Positions 13,134 to 26,789 are shown, counted from the first letter of the stretch. The stretch is 64,000 nucleotides of DNA from Eledone cirrhosa (GCA_964016885.1 OZ024760.1:31186001-31250000), one strand, 5' to 3'. The notes: a model not told the origin generated them from the letters alone. Numbers and translations: made by a program.

Positions 13134-15036
13134 ATATATATATATAAAGCGCATGTGTATCTATATATATATGTATATTTGTGTGTGTATATATATATAT
13201 ATGTATATGATGAGAACGCAGGTATCATCCCATGATATTTGTTTTTGAAATGCGCATAATAAAATACTTGGAACTCTTTTAACCATCTTTTGATCTTATA
13301 TTATTTATACTCCTGTCCTACAAACTGTAGAGTGCTACTTATCCGATATTTGCATTGCTTTATTGTGCTACAATAAAACTCACCTCCTACATATATATAT
13401 GTAATATATACATCCTTAATCAAAGCCACGAGGCATCTGTAGAATATGACTTTACTTAAATAGACACCAACTTGGCTAATGAACTAATAAAATAAAGTTA
13501 AAGTAATTATTAAAAATAATAATAATGTTTTCTGATTTAGGCACAAGGCCAGCAATTTGTGGGGGAGGGGGAAAGTCGATTAAATTGATCACAATGCATT
13601 ACTGGTACTTTATTAATAATGAACAGACGAGAACGGAAAAACATCAAACCTTGAAATGTTCTTGTATATTTATGTATGTATATAGTTAAAAATAAAAGTG
13701 AAAAAGCACAGAAGTATATTTTAAGATTATATTTTCTATAATCCGAAAGAACGAATAATTTCATAGATATATATATAGCTGTATTAAATATTATATATAT
13801 ATATATATTACATGCGGTTCTATGCCTCATTCATATTTTGCTGGGCAAGGACTCGAAAAAATATACGGCTAAAGGGAGGTAATTCGTATTTTGTAATAGA
13901 CGCTTTATCAAATTACGGAGCTTCGACGTGGTCACTCGCTCTGCTAGAAATAGCAGCCAAATTTCCTTTAAATCACTCACTTTAGTTTTATCGAAAGGAC
14001 ACATTGGACAATGTAATTTTAAGTACACTGTACCTAAGAAATGTTAAGATGGACTCTTAAGATAGCAGGGCTCCATCAACCCGATGATTCAACCTGCTAG
14101 AAATGGCAGCTAAAACTCTCATATATCACCCTTTACTGTCTACAGACACTCTAGCTGGGGAAGAAAAAAAAAGACTGGGTAATCAGGGCGAAAATACCTT
14201 GGATCATAGCTCTACTCGTTCAAGGTTGATCTATGACCTATCTATACTCTAATGAACCAACAAGCGAGCGATTAAAAATATTCTTTAAAACACGACTTGA
14301 CATCTTAAATAAGGAAATGACAAGATAGTACTGTGGTAAGAAACTCAAGTCTTCAGAGAAGAAACACACCTCAACTGCCGACCGCTATATCTGATTTGCT
14401 AAGCTGTCTGAACGTAATGTTATTACTCTGGGGTCTTACCTTATCCGAGTGCTAAAGGTAGACCGATTATGCATATACGTTAGCTTGGCCGTTTCCTTAA
14501 GCTTCGTCAATGCTGTACTAAAATTTATATATATATATATATATAGAAAGTATCCCCCCAAAATGCATACACACTTCAACAGCATTCTAATAAATATTGC
14601 CTGTACAAGTAATCAAAGTGTGTATACATTTTTGGGGGGATACCCCTGTATATAGTGGTAAGAAACTCTCAGGAGAGCTGCACAGCAGGTTTTCAGAAAA
14701 GAAACCCCACCAAGCAAGTATTTTGGACCTTAACATAAAAATATGGGACGAGAGATCCCCACAGGAATGACTTTGATCATGTCCGGGTTTCTTGTTTTTT
14801 ATTAAGGCTGACCTGGGGCTCAACAACAACAACAACCCTAGACACAGTACGGTGAATAATATTAACCAATGAGAGCTTCGGGAGTGATACATCTCGGTAC
14901 ATACTTTGACGGTGTAGAGTGAATAAAGTCCCTACCGACACTTTAGACTTTACTGTAGTTGGAGAATTCGGTTCACTTTATATACTGGATTAAAATATAA
15001 TAATAATATCAATAATATTCAGAAGAAGAGGAATCA

Positions 15037-15225
15037 ATGGCGGGTGTAATTGTCCAATACGTTGTCGTCCGTAAGGATCTTATAGAGAAGTTGTCGTGGC
15101 CATTAGGAGCAGTCATCGCTCAGGCGTGTCATGCATGCTCAGCTGTTCTACATCAATACCAAGAAGATGACAGCTGTAAAATGTATCTGGAGAATATCGA
15201 TAGCATGCACAAAGTAATTCTACAG
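15037..15225 (+). CDS. PTRHD1: Peptidyl-tRNA hydrolase domain-containing 1, coding exon 1
   Basis: VQYVVVRKDL..LSWPLGAVIAQACHA..MHKVILQ PTH2-family signature; phase-0 donor CAG|GTAGGT. Confidence 0.92.
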
Positions 15226-15947
15226 GTAGGTGAGGTGCAGTAACGAAGAGGGCGGGTGGGGTGGTCGTCCTTCAGTTTACACACACACATAAAACTAACA
15301 AGCTAACATTAGTATTATTGACAGTAGGTTTCGTTTCAGAATCTCCTTCACCCACTTATTCCTGAGAGGGTCGTGGGCAGCAGTCGTCAAGCACTCCCTT
15401 CAGAGGCCCTGTCAGAAGAAACCGTCTCAAACTGACCCGGTTGGATCCCCAGAATCTTTTCCATAATTGGTCCGAGTCACTGAATCGTTCATTTATAAAA
15501 ATATATACACACATATGACCCTGTGATAAACAGGCGAAACTCCAGAGTAACAAGACTCACTATTTAGCTTTAATATAATTAATATTAAAACTTTACTTCG
15601 GTATTGAGTATTTTTCTCTCGGCCGTCAACTACATCCAGTTTATATATATATAAAAAAGATCGATCGACTTTCGTCAAATCGGACCGAGGAAACAATGTT
15701 TCCGTTGGTCTTTCCAGTTGCTATCTATCGGTCGCAACTCCAGGTTTAAGGAGCAACGTGAAATAAAGTGTCTTGCTCAAGGACATAACGCATCGCCTGG
15801 TCCAGGAATCGAACTCACAACCTCAAGATTGTTTCGACTGCTATTTCTGGACTAAATTAGAATTTTCCTATTAACCACTCTACTACCCTAAGTATTGAGT
15901 ACTCTGGTGCTTTATGGTTCATGTGGTTCCTTACCACACCTCCTTCG

Positions 15948-15981
<34 letters not shown>

Positions 15982-15985
<4 letters not shown>

Positions 15986-16090
15986 GGCTTCTACAGGTCT
16001 ACAACTATTCCATTCAGGAGGAGTCATCAGGAAGCCTGATGAGTTCTGCTGAATGAAACAGTTCTAGTCCCGTAGAAGCCATTTCTATAT
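15982..16090 (+). ncRNA. Fold-back module containing hammerhead core
   Basis: CTGATGA GTTC-tgct-GAAT GAAAC agttcta GTC in the right arm of an imperfect palindrome whose apex lies just 5' of the core; stem I 5' strand missing. Confidence 0.55.
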
Positions 16091-17228
16091 TATATATTAA
16101 ATATTTATACTCTGCTATGTATTGAGTATCTTACTTACTGTGGTTACTCCCGATTGAACCCAGGATAAGTTTATATATATATATATATATATAATACATG
16201 TACATAGGTCTCCAAGACAGGTGTTTTGGAATTCTCCGGTTAAGGGGCCACAGAAAGCTAGTAATTTACAACGGTTTTCAAGGTTGTATTTGTTTAAATC
16301 ACATAAAAATCATAGGAAGAATAAATTTCACATTCAAAATTCTAATCACAACTAACAACCCTTAAAATTAATAAAACAAAATCCGCCGAGGTTAATTTTG
16401 CCTTTCATCCTTACGAGGTCGATAAAATAAAGTACCAGTAATGTACTGGGTAATTGCTGGCCTTGTGCCAAAAATAGAAACTATTACATCCATCTCCAAA
16501 ACCGGTGTAGTGTGACTTTTACCTCCATATACAGCAACAAATATCAGATTTGCTTTTTTTGTGTGCCGTTCTTCATAACCAAATCACAATGTGTAGTTGA
16601 GAGAATCCTCTACTTATGATGATCCTTGCCAAACGGATATTCAGACCCTTAATATTCTTGTGTAACCCCAGGACACCCACAATTAAACAGACCTAAGATC
16701 AAAGAAGTTTCAAACTTTAGCATTTAAACTGGCCAGAATTCTCCCACCTCTTTCCGTTCAAAACCAGCTGTAACCAGCTGCTCATACTGATGTTAGGATA
16801 TTGTTCAAAATCTGATAGATTTGTTGCTCCAGTTTACTCAGCTGTAGAAATGAGTTGCGACGTCACTGGTGCCAAGCTATATCAGCCTTTGCCTTTCCTT
16901 TGGTCATCATATATAGTGTATATATAAAGTACATAGGGTATATATAGAGAGTATATAATGTATGTTATGACGTCACTGGTACCAAGCTCTGTTGGCCTTT
17001 GCCTTCCCCTTGGACAACATCGGTGGCGTAGAGAGGAGAGACTGGTATGCATAGGCGACTGCTGGTCTTCCACAAACAGCCTTGCCCAGACTTGTGCCTC
17101 AGAGGGGGACTTTCTAGGTACAAATCCCATGGTCATTCATGTCCGAAGGGAGTGGGGGTCTCCTTTTCCATGTATAAAATAAATTTTGAATTCTATTAAA
17201 AAAATTTTTTCCTTAATATTTTTCCCAG

Positions 17229-17399
17229 ATTCCTGATGAAAAGAAACTGCGTCAACTGTCTACAACTCTTCTTTCTAACAACATTGATCACAAACTGTGG
17301 ATTGAACAGCCAGAAAATGTAGCTACCTGCCTGGCCACAAAACCTGACCAGAGGGAAACAATAAAAAAGTATTTCAAAGGATTGAAACTGTTCAAATAG
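17229..17399 (+). CDS. PTRHD1: PTRHD1 coding exon 2 (protein 119 aa in total)
   Basis: Acceptor tttttcccag|ATT; reads IPDEKKLRQLSTTLLSNNIDHKLWIEQPENVATCLATKPDQRETIKKYFKGLKLFK*; not in the ORF track. Confidence 0.92.
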   Translation: MPDEKKLRQLSTTLLSNNIDHKLWIEQPENVATCLATKPDQRETIKKYFKGLKLFK

Positions 17400-17492
17400 T
17401 AAATGGATGGGGCTTCTGTTACTTAACTGAAATAAATTAAACTAAAACAACTAAAAACAAATGGTGGATAAGATTATTTTGTCTACAAATCT

Positions 17493-17962
17493 AGTGTTGG
17501 TGCCACAATAAAATATACCCAGTACACTCTGTAATGTGGTAATGTTGGTGTCATGATAAAACACACCCAGTACACTGTAAAGTGGTAGTGTTGGTGTCAC
17601 AATAAAATACACCCAGTACACTCTGTAAAGTGGTAGTGTTACTGTCACAATAAAATACACACAGTACACTCTGTAAAATGGTAGTGTTACTGTCACAATA
17701 AAATACACACAGTACACTCTGTAAAGTGGTAGTGTTGGTGTCACAATAAAATACACACAGTACACTCTGTAAAGTGGTAGTATTACTGTCACAATAAAAT
17801 ACACCCAGTACACTCTGTAAAGTGGTAGTGTTGGTGACACAATAAAATACACCCAGTACACTCTGTAAAGTGGTAGTGTTGGTGTCATGATAAAATACAC
17901 CCAGTACACTCTGTAAAGTGGTAGAGCCAGTGACACAATAAAGAGCACCCAGTCCACTCTGT
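17493..17962. repeat. 48-bp minisatellite, ~10 units
   Basis: Unit TCACAATAAAATACAC(A/C)CAGTACACTCTGTAAAGTGGTAGTGTTGGTG. Confidence 0.95.
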
Positions 17963-18140
17963 CAATGGAAATTAAGCAAGTTTTCAGGCCTCTATTGAAC
18001 CAGACATGTGAGAAACATCTTCTGTTCAATATAGTTTATTGATAAATTCAGATTCACGAATATTTAATACATTTCCAAAATTATATATACACTCACCACC
18101 ACCATATTTTATATACACTCACCGCCACCAAATTATATAT

Positions 18141-19070
18141 AATAATGAAATTATTGTGTACAGTGCTCAGGTGCACTACAACTCATCAAAGGTGCATGTA
18201 TAGTACATAGAATAATGTACAAATGTCAGGAAAATGAACAGTGTACGAGTCATGATATAATAACAATAACAATAATGAAATATTGTGTACAGTGCCCAGG
18301 TGCACCACAACTCATCAAAAAAGTGCATGTACAGTACATAGGGCAATGCACAAACATCAGTAAAATGAACAGTGCACGAGTCATGATACATGTGTGCATG
18401 TGCATGGAAGGGGTACATCAGGTGTAGTTTTGGCGTATTTCGGGAAGCATGAGTGTCTTAAAGGATGCAGTGTCTCGGCAGCTAACAATTGACGCAGGCA
18501 GTTTGTTCCATGCTTCAGCAACTCTGAGCGTGAAAAATTGTCTACGAAAGTCATGGGAGCTGTGCTGTTTTCTGATCTTGTAGGCATGTCTATGTGTGTT
18601 AGACACATGGAGATCAAAGAGGCGCTCAGGGTTGCAATTGGTGAGATGGTTAAAAACTTTGTGGGTATTCACCAAGTCCATTGCCAGACGTCGGAGCTTC
18701 AATGAATCCATGCCCAGGGAAGCAAGGCGTTCAGAGTATGGTAGGTGTCTGATGGAGGGTATGCGCTTGGTTGCACGTCTCTGAACAGTTTCCAGGAGGT
18801 CAATGTTCTGAGCAAGATAGGGGTTCCAGACTGATGATGCGAATTCCAAGTGTGGTCGTACCATAGCTGTATACAGTTTTAAATAGATGGCTGGAGAGCG
18901 GCTAACAAAGGTCTTGCTGAGTGATGCCAAGACACCCTCGGCCTTCTTGACAATCTTAGAGACATGCTTTGTCCAACGCAAATCGTTGCTGACAGTAATG
19001 CCCAGGTCACGTTCACAAGAGGACTTTTTGATATCAGTGTTGTGGAGGGAGTATGTGGACGTATGTGATA
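18141..19070 (-). mobile_element. CR1-like LINE, 5'-truncated (RT thumb and 3' UTR)
   Basis: ERDLGITVSNDLRWTKHV, VRPHLEFASSVWNPY, FFTLRVAEAWNKLP; duplicated 3' UTR segment. Confidence 0.9.
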
Positions 19071-20102
19071 TATACATCACCACCAAATTATATATACATC
19101 ACCACCAAATTATATACACTCACCACCACCAAATTATATATACACTCACCACCACCAAATTATATATACACTCCCCACCACCAAATTATATACACTCACC
19201 ACTACCATATTATATATACACTCCCCACCACCAAATTATATATACTCACCACCTCCAAATTATATACACTCCCCACCACCAAATTATATATACACTCACC
19301 ACCAAATTATATATACACTCCCCACCTCCAAATTATATATACACTCACCACCACCAAATTATATATACTCACCACCAAATTATATATACATTCCCCACCA
19401 CCAAATTATATATACACTCACCACCACCAAATTATATATACTCACCACCAAATTATATATACATTCCCCACCACCAAATTATATATACTCCCCACCACCA
19501 CCAAATTATATATACTCCCCACCACCAAATTATATATACACTCACCACCACCACCAAATTATATATACACTCCCCACCTCCAAATTATAATACTCACCAC
19601 TACCACCAAATTATATATACACTCACCACCACCACCAAATTATATATACACTCACCACCACCACCAAATTATATATACATTCCCCACCACCACCAAATTA
19701 TATATACACTCCCCACCTCCAAATTATATATACACTCACCACCACCACCAAATTATATATACACTCACCACCACCACCAAATTATATATACTCCCCACCA
19801 CCAAATTATATATACTCACCACCACCACCAAATTATATATACTCTCCCCACCACCAAATTATATATACACTCACCACCACCACCAAATTATATATACACT
19901 CCCCACCTCCAAATTATAATACTTACCACTACCACCAAATTATATATACACTCACCACCACCACCAAATTATATATACACTCACCACCACCACCAAATTA
20001 TATATACATTCCCCACCACCACCAAATTATATATACACTCCCCACCTCCAAATTATATATACACTCACCACCACCACCAAATTATATATACACTCCCCAC
20101 CA
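19071..20102. repeat. ~22-28-bp variable minisatellite (CCACCAAATTATATATACACTC...)
   Basis: Direct reading; same unit at 18075-18140 on the other side of the CR1 insert. Confidence 0.95.
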
Positions 20103-20442
20103 TCAAAACAACAAAAAAGAACACAGACAGATTTCATAGAATATTTATATATTCACTCCTCCAGAGAAAGAAAATTTTAACAAATATACATCATATACAT
20201 ATATATATACATCATATATATATATATATATATATATACACCCCCACATAACTTGTAAAATATTTACATCATTCCAGAGAAAGAAAATGCTTTATATACA
20301 CACCTGACATACACAGAGATTGTACGATATTTAAACATCATTCTATTTGAGAGACGAAAGAAATGGTTGACAAATAATCGCCAACCCGTACAGCAGAATA
20401 AGTCTCTTCCAGCACTTGGTACTTTTGTAATAAAACTCACAC

Positions 20443-21576
20443 ACCACATGTCCACACCAACAGTCATCTGTCTGATAAGATGCTACATTCAGTCCACCAC
20501 ATGTCCACACCAACAGTCATCTGTCTGATAAGATGCTACATTCAGTCCACCACATGTCCACACCAACAGTCATCTGTCTGATAAGATGCTACATTCAGTC
20601 CACACCAACAGTCATCTGTCTGATAAGATGCTACATTCAGTCCACCACAAGACCACACCAGTAGTCATATCTGATAAGATGCTACATTCAGTCCACCACA
20701 TGTCCACACCAGTACAGTCATATCTGATAAGATGCTACATTCAGTCCACACCAACAGTCATCTGTCTGATAAGATGCTACATTCAGTCCGCCACATGACC
20801 ACACCAGTACAGTCATATCTGATAAGATGCTACATTCAGTCCACCACATGTCCACACCAACAGTCATCTGTCTGATAAGTTGCTACATTCAGTCCACCAC
20901 AAGACCACACCAGTACAGTCATATCTGATAAGATGCTACATTCAGTCCACCACATGACCACACCAACAGTCATGTCTGATAAGATGCTACATTCAGTCCA
21001 CCACATGATCACACCAACAGTCATCTGTCTGATAAGATGCTACATTCAGTCCACCACATGTCCACACCAACAGTCATCTGTCTGATAAGATGCTACATTC
21101 AGTCCACCACAAGACCACACCAGTACAGTCATATCTGATAAGATGCTACATTCAGTCCGCCACATGTCCACACCAGTACAGTCATATCTGATAAGATGCT
21201 ACATTCAGTCCACCACATGTCCACACCAGTACAGTCATATCTGATAAGATGCTACATTCAGTCCACCACATGTCCACACCAGTACAGTCATATCTGATAA
21301 GATGCTACATTCAGTCTGCCACATGACCACACCAGTACAGTCATATCTGATAAGATGCTACATTCAGTCCGCCACATGTCCACACCAGTACAGTCATATC
21401 TGATAAGATGCTACATTCAGTCCGCCACATGTCCACACCAGTACAGTCATATCTGATAAGATGCTACATTCAGTCCACCACAAGACCACACCAGTAGTCA
21501 TATCTGATAAGATGCTACATTCAGTCCACCATATGACCACGCCAGTACAGTCATATCTGATAAGATGCTACATTCA
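20443..21576. repeat. ~53-bp minisatellite, ~22 units
   Basis: Near-invariant CTGATAAGATGCTACATTCAGTCC with a few recurring linker variants. Confidence 0.95.
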
Positions 21577-21762
21577 CTCCCTGTTCATGTTTACTAAGAC
21601 AACACATGGCAAACTATATGTAGGGCTGGGTTGACAGTATTCTGGGCAGAGCAAACAATATTCTGGGAGGCAAGTTGTCAGTAAATTCTCCAAGAGAATC
21701 GATTCTTTCACAAATTGGACATCTTGAAACTTCACCCCCCACCCCTCTTACATTGAAGACAT

Positions 21763-22167
21763 TTACTCTTCCATTTGCTCATGTGTTGGTTGTGAGTCCC
21801 TGTGGGGGGTGCCACGCACGGACTCACGGATTGGGTTTATGTTGGTCCATTCGCTGCGACATTTGGGACATTTAGGTTCTGGTTGGTCAAGAAAGTATCG
21901 CTTTGCGCAGAAGACATGCAGTTTTGCCATACAGGTCGTGCAGGACTGTCCTTGCAGACACAATCGGCTGCATATGTTGCACAGTTCCACCAAATCTGGG
22001 TACATTGTGCGAATGTGATTGTCCAGTTCTAGAATACTTCGTGTTGAAAGCTGCAGTTTTCCTCGGACAGTTCTCTTCAACCATTTCTCCTTCACCATCC
22101 GGTCAAAGAAACGCTGAGCATCATCTTTGCTCATCTTTTTCTCCAGTTCATGAGTCAAGTTGAGAGC
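21763..22167 (-). CDS. NSMCE1: Non-structural maintenance of chromosomes element 1 (SMC5/6 subunit), last exon with RING-like domain
   Basis: Acceptor tttcttcaccag|GCT; LSTRSILEL motif; CNIC..C..C..LHVFC..YF......CPKC..W Nse1 RING. Confidence 0.92.
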   Translation of the reverse strand, partial: ALNLTHELEKKMSKDDAQRFFDRMVKEKWLKRTVRGKLQLSTRSILELDNHIRTMYPDLVELCNICSRLCLQGQSCTTCMAKLHVFCAKRYFLDQPEPKCPKCRSEWTNINPIRESVRGTPHRDSQPTHEQMEE

Positions 22168-22556
22168 CTGGTGAAGAAAGCAAACACTCAAGTAAATATA
22201 TGCAAACTACAACACGGTGGTTAGGGTTAGGGTTAGGCTTACAATCACGAGATAAATATGCACCCGTGACTCCTGATGGAGCTGCGGGGGAGTTCAGTAA
22301 TGACGTAGCATGTCTTGAGCACTTTTTTAACCTAGTGGAGACCACCCCACCTCTCTAAGACGATTTCTTCCAGAGAAAATGAGAGAGAGGGGGATCCTGC
22401 ATCTCACTTAGAAAATGTTCCTATGCTTTACCGAGTGCATTTTATTGTGGTACCTGCACAAAGAAAGTTGTCATGTCTTCGATACAGCGGAAGGGGTAAA
22501 TAAATAATATGGTTGGTGTTTAGTTCCTGCTCTCGCATACGTACAGTCCCACGTCA

Positions 22557-22614
<58 letters not shown>

Positions 22615-23011
22615 GGAAGTAAAGTTCTATACAAAACAGTGGTTATAGAGAAAAGGTGAGATTGGAAATAGCACGGAAAATATATTTAAGGGTCTGTTTT
22701 TCTTTTTTTTCCTTTCTTTGATTCGTTAAAGTGACGAGATGAAAAAAAATTGCCTCTACACTTAATTTTAAATCTTTCATTTTTAGTTTTAAATTCTTAT
22801 TAATTCTTTTTCATTGTAATACTCAACATTTAAGATGAATTTTACTAATACCTCAAAACCGGTTATACGTTATAAACATTATAAAACTTACTTTAAAAGA
22901 ATTGTCCCTCTCATCATCTCAATAATGTCACTTTAACGAATCAAAGGAAAAAGAAAAACAGACCCTTAAATATATTTTCCGTGCTATTTCCAATCTCACC
23001 TTTTCTCTCTC

Positions 23012-24150
23012 AATCATCATCTTCGTTTAACGTCCATCTCCCACGCTAGCATGGGTTAGACGGGAGTTGTCCCACTTAAGGCAAGGTTGGTCGAGTGACC
23101 GTGTCTTGCTCATATAGGACTATCTGGCGGGTTTTCTACGGCTGGATGCCCTTCCTAACACCAACCACATTTACAGTGTGGAACTGGGAACTTTTTACCG
23201 TGTTACCTACACGGCCACATTACAGCGTGGACTGTGTTTTTTTCTTCTCGTGACACCTACACGATCTCGATCTCATTTATTTGGACTGGATGTTGTGGTA
23301 CCAACTTTACAGAGAGAGGGTGGTGTTTGTGGGAGTGGGGGGTAGGGTAGGGGTAGTGGAATGGGGTGTATATTTGGTTAAGAGGTGCCTACTGACTGTA
23401 GGTTTCGCTTTGTTCATAGGCAAGGCAGGTCTTCTGTATTACTGCGTAGCACCAAAGATCTCGATCCAGTGACATTGTCTTAGAGAGGTGCAAGTGTGTA
23501 AGGTCAGAATTTATCAGATCGTCCCAGGTTTTTCTGAGTCTACCTACTCCGTAACTACCATCAATTTTGATGACCCTGCACTTTTTTATACAGCTGTCGT
23601 CTTTCATGCGCATCACGTGGCCATACCAACATAGTCTTCTCTCAAGTAAACAGCATCTGATCCCTCTTATTCCTAATTTCTCACTTAGTTCATTTATGCT
23701 TTGCCGTTCACGTATATTACTATTACACATCCAACGGAGCATGCATGCTTCGTTCCTTTCCAGTCTGCGCAGGTCCTCTGCACGCAATGCCCATGTTTCA
23801 CTGCCATGTAGCATTGCTGTTCGTATATAAGCATCATACAATCTGCCTTTCATTTTTAGAGAGAAACCTTTTGTGACCAACAACGGTATAAGCTCTCTGA
23901 ACTTTTTCCATCCCGTTCTGACTCTGGCTACTGCACTTTCAGAACACCGTCCACTACTGCTGATTTCGTCACCCAGGTAACGGAAAGTGTTTACTATTTC
24001 TATAGAACCATCTGGGCAATAGAAGGAGCTAGTATCCTGTGGACACCTGCTACCTATTGCACCTGAGCATCGGCCACATATAAAGTCTACATTCTTAGAT
24101 AGTTTACCTGTGATCCCACTACATCTTTTATGTACCCATACTTTGCATTT
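23012..24150 (-). mobile_element. RTE LINE 3' fragment in NSMCE1 intron
   Basis: KGRLYDA..RTAMLHGSETW; 3' UTR and (GAT)n tail. Confidence 0.9.
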
Positions 24151-24257
24151 ATATATATATATATGTACCCATACTTTGCAATATATATATATATGAACCC
24201 ATACTTTGCAATATATATATATTTATATTGCAAAGTATGGGTACATATATATATATA

Positions 24258-24636
24258 AGTACAAAGCGAAACCTACAGTCAGTAGGCACCTCTAACAAAA
24301 ATACACCCTTGTCCCACTACCCCCACCCCATCCACACCACCCCCTTAAATGTGAAGTTATGTTGGTACCATAACATCCAGTCCGAAACAAATGAGGTCGT
24401 GTAGGTGTCACGATAAAAAAACACACAGTCCACGCTGCAATGTGGCCGTGTAGGTAACACGGTAAAAACCTCCCAGTCCACACTGTAAACGTGGTTGGTG
24501 TTAGAAAGGGCATCCAGCCGTAGAAAACCCGCCAGACAGTCCTATATGAGCAGTACAACCAATCTTGCTTCAAGTGGGAAACCTACCGTCCAAACCCATG
24601 CAAGCGTGGAAGATGGACGTTAAACAATGATGATGA
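24258..24636 (+). mobile_element. RTE LINE 3' UTR fragment
   Basis: Homologous to 3915-4426; (GAT)n tail. Confidence 0.8.
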
Positions 24637-24667
24637 TATATATAGTTATATTCAATATTAAATATAT

Positions 24668-24953
24668 GGAAACTATATTTATTCTATTATATATATTTCA
24701 AGGGTACCAAAAACTTTGGTACGCTTTCATCAGATAAAATACAAAGAGTGTTTTATAAATTTTGACATAACCAAGGAACCTTAACGGTTGAAGTTTTCCT
24801 TGGAAAACTTCAACCATTAAGGTATGTTCCTTGGTTATGTCAAAATTTATAAAACACTCTTTGTATTTTAACTGATGAAAGCGTACCAAAGTTTTTGGTA
24901 CCCTTGAAATATATATAATAGAATAAATATGGTTTTATAAATATAGTTTCCAT
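24668..24953. ncRNA. Palindrome carrying two outward-facing minimal hammerheads (24681-24740 minus, 24864-24925 plus)
   Basis: CTGATGA AAGcGTACCAAA-gtt-TTTGGTACcCTT GAAA tata TA in both arms. Confidence 0.75.
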
Positions 24954-25874
24954 TTATTTAATATCATTGAATATTATACTCCAGAAAACCTGTTGAGTGC
25001 TCTGAATCAGTTATAAACATTTATATTTGTTGAATTACCAACAAATTGAATATCCCTTCTGCTTATATATAGTTACAGTTTGTTTAGAAACCAAAGAATT
25101 TTAGAGTCTAAGACATTTAATAACTGGCAACTGTTTCTAGCTAGGTTATGCTACATGTAGCAAAACATTTTATTTAACAATTTGCCATTAGTGAGTATAA
25201 ACCGTGGGTGTCATCAGAGTTTAATTAAAATACTGATACAAGTCACTCAGCAAAATAGAAGAGATAATATATATATATCACTGATCAAAGTATCATGATA
25301 AAAGTTTACAGTTAAAAAGACATTGTACTCAGAAAAATGTTATTAATTGTGTTTCTTAGAGTGAATGATTATATAACAACTCTGCATGATCCTATCATTG
25401 CATAGAGCTAAAATACACCTAGTCTTTTACTATTACATATATATATATATCATCATCATCGTTTAACATCCATCTTTCACGCTAGCATGGATTAGATGAT
25501 TTTGATCCATTTGATGCAGGAATGGTAGGGGGACCATGTCTTGCTCGTACGAAAGTGTCTCTGGCAGGGTTTTTTTACAGCTGGATGCCCTTCCTAACAC
25601 CAACCATATATACATATTTATTTATGTTTAGTAGTTCACTACTGGATAGAACTGGTCCTGTGACAACGAGGCCGTCCCCGAATCAAATATTTTTTCATGT
25701 TGTGAATGCTGTAATTCCTTTTATTGGTTAACTAATTATGCAATGTACACCTGATGATGTCACAAAGATCTTATGAAACCAGGCCATATAGTGTTTTTGC
25801 AACAATAAAACTTTAAAGGGACATTACCAGTCTGGCCTCCTGTTATTTTAATCAAACATATATATATATATAAA

Positions 25875-26148
25875 CTCTGTCTTAAGCCAGAAGGCTCATT
25901 TGGGTGGTGCTTATCCCGGTTTCATGGCATGAAGTGACTGAGAATACAAGACTCCCCCCTGGACAGGACGCCAGTCCATCACATGGTTAAACCCCCAGCT
26001 ATTGCTGGTACTCATTTTCAGCTGAGTATACTGGAGCAATGTGAAATGATGTGTTTTGCTCAAGAACACAACACGCAAACCAGGAATCGAACCCACGGCA
26101 TTATGATCGTAAGTCCAACACCCTTACCACTAGGCCAAGTGCCTCCAC
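25875..26148 (-). mobile_element. tRNA-derived SINE (second copy 50325-50580 minus)
   Basis: Minus strand TGGCCTAGTGG A-box, GGTTCGATTCC B-box; the two copies are alignable. Confidence 0.75.
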
Positions 26149-26347
26149 ATATATATATCATCATTTTAACGTCTGCTTTTCTGTTAACACGGGTTGGACA
26201 GGTCTACATAGACCAAGTCAGTAATGAAGCAGGACTACTGGTCTCCCAAACAGGCTGGGGACCTGTGTCTCAGGTTCTACTGAGACACAGGTCCCCAGAG
26301 AGGCTGTCAAGAAAGAAACAAGAAATGAAGTTCCTCGAGTTACTAAC

Positions 26348-26731
26348 CTGTACAGAACCAACGGAAGCGTCGTTTGAACTCATAATACGGTCGAGAAACA
26401 ACTTAAAAAGTTCTAGTTCGTTGACGGAATAGTCTGAAGAGAGGCGTGTTACAGCATTGTCACATGTGTTCACCAGACAGTAGTAGCTGGTACCATCGTC
26501 TTCATCAAACCCTTTCATGATGTTCAAGTGGAAAGGTCTGATGTTGTTGTTGATGATGATGACAAAGTTGGCGAGCTGCTGCTTCCAATCAGTCTGATTC
26601 GTTGTCGAGCTTCTGTCCGATGTATCTTTATAACACACGTTAAACAGGTTGCGAACTCCTTTCGAGTCCACTAACCCTTTCGACATGAAGTACTGCAGAA
26701 ACACATGATGTTGTGGCTTCATCTCAGACAT
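26348..26731 (-). CDS. NSMCE1: NSMCE1 first coding exon (protein ~262 aa in total)
   Basis: H.VFLQYFMSKG, FV..INNNIRPFHLNI.KG.DEDDG..YYCLVN, YS.NELELFK Nse1 winged-helix motifs; phase-0 donor CAG|GTTAGT; upstream acceptor ttcattgactcag at ~26757. Confidence 0.92.
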
Positions 26732-26789
26732 CTTTCGATTTGTTAATAAGTTTGTCCTGAGTCAATGAAAAATATTAATAATTATTATT

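Noticed and set aside
17451-18029. 192-aa hydrophobic repeat ORF
   Set aside because: Antisense reading of the 48-bp minisatellite
18887-20251. 454-aa and 288-aa His/Pro/Thr-rich ORFs
   Set aside because: Stop-free minisatellite plus antisense CR1
20443-21576. CRISPR-like look (constant repeat plus variable linker)
   Set aside because: Linkers are variants of one sequence, not unique spacers; no cas genes; eukaryotic context
22219-22236. (TTAGGG) telomeric repeats
   Set aside because: Only ~3 units, internal to an intron; such motifs are common in invertebrate repeats
25110-25800. Further CTGATGA...GAAAC pairs (25130-25214 minus, 25751-25790 plus) and CTGATAA at 33258
   Set aside because: Stems II/III cannot be drawn convincingly; at most decayed hammerheads
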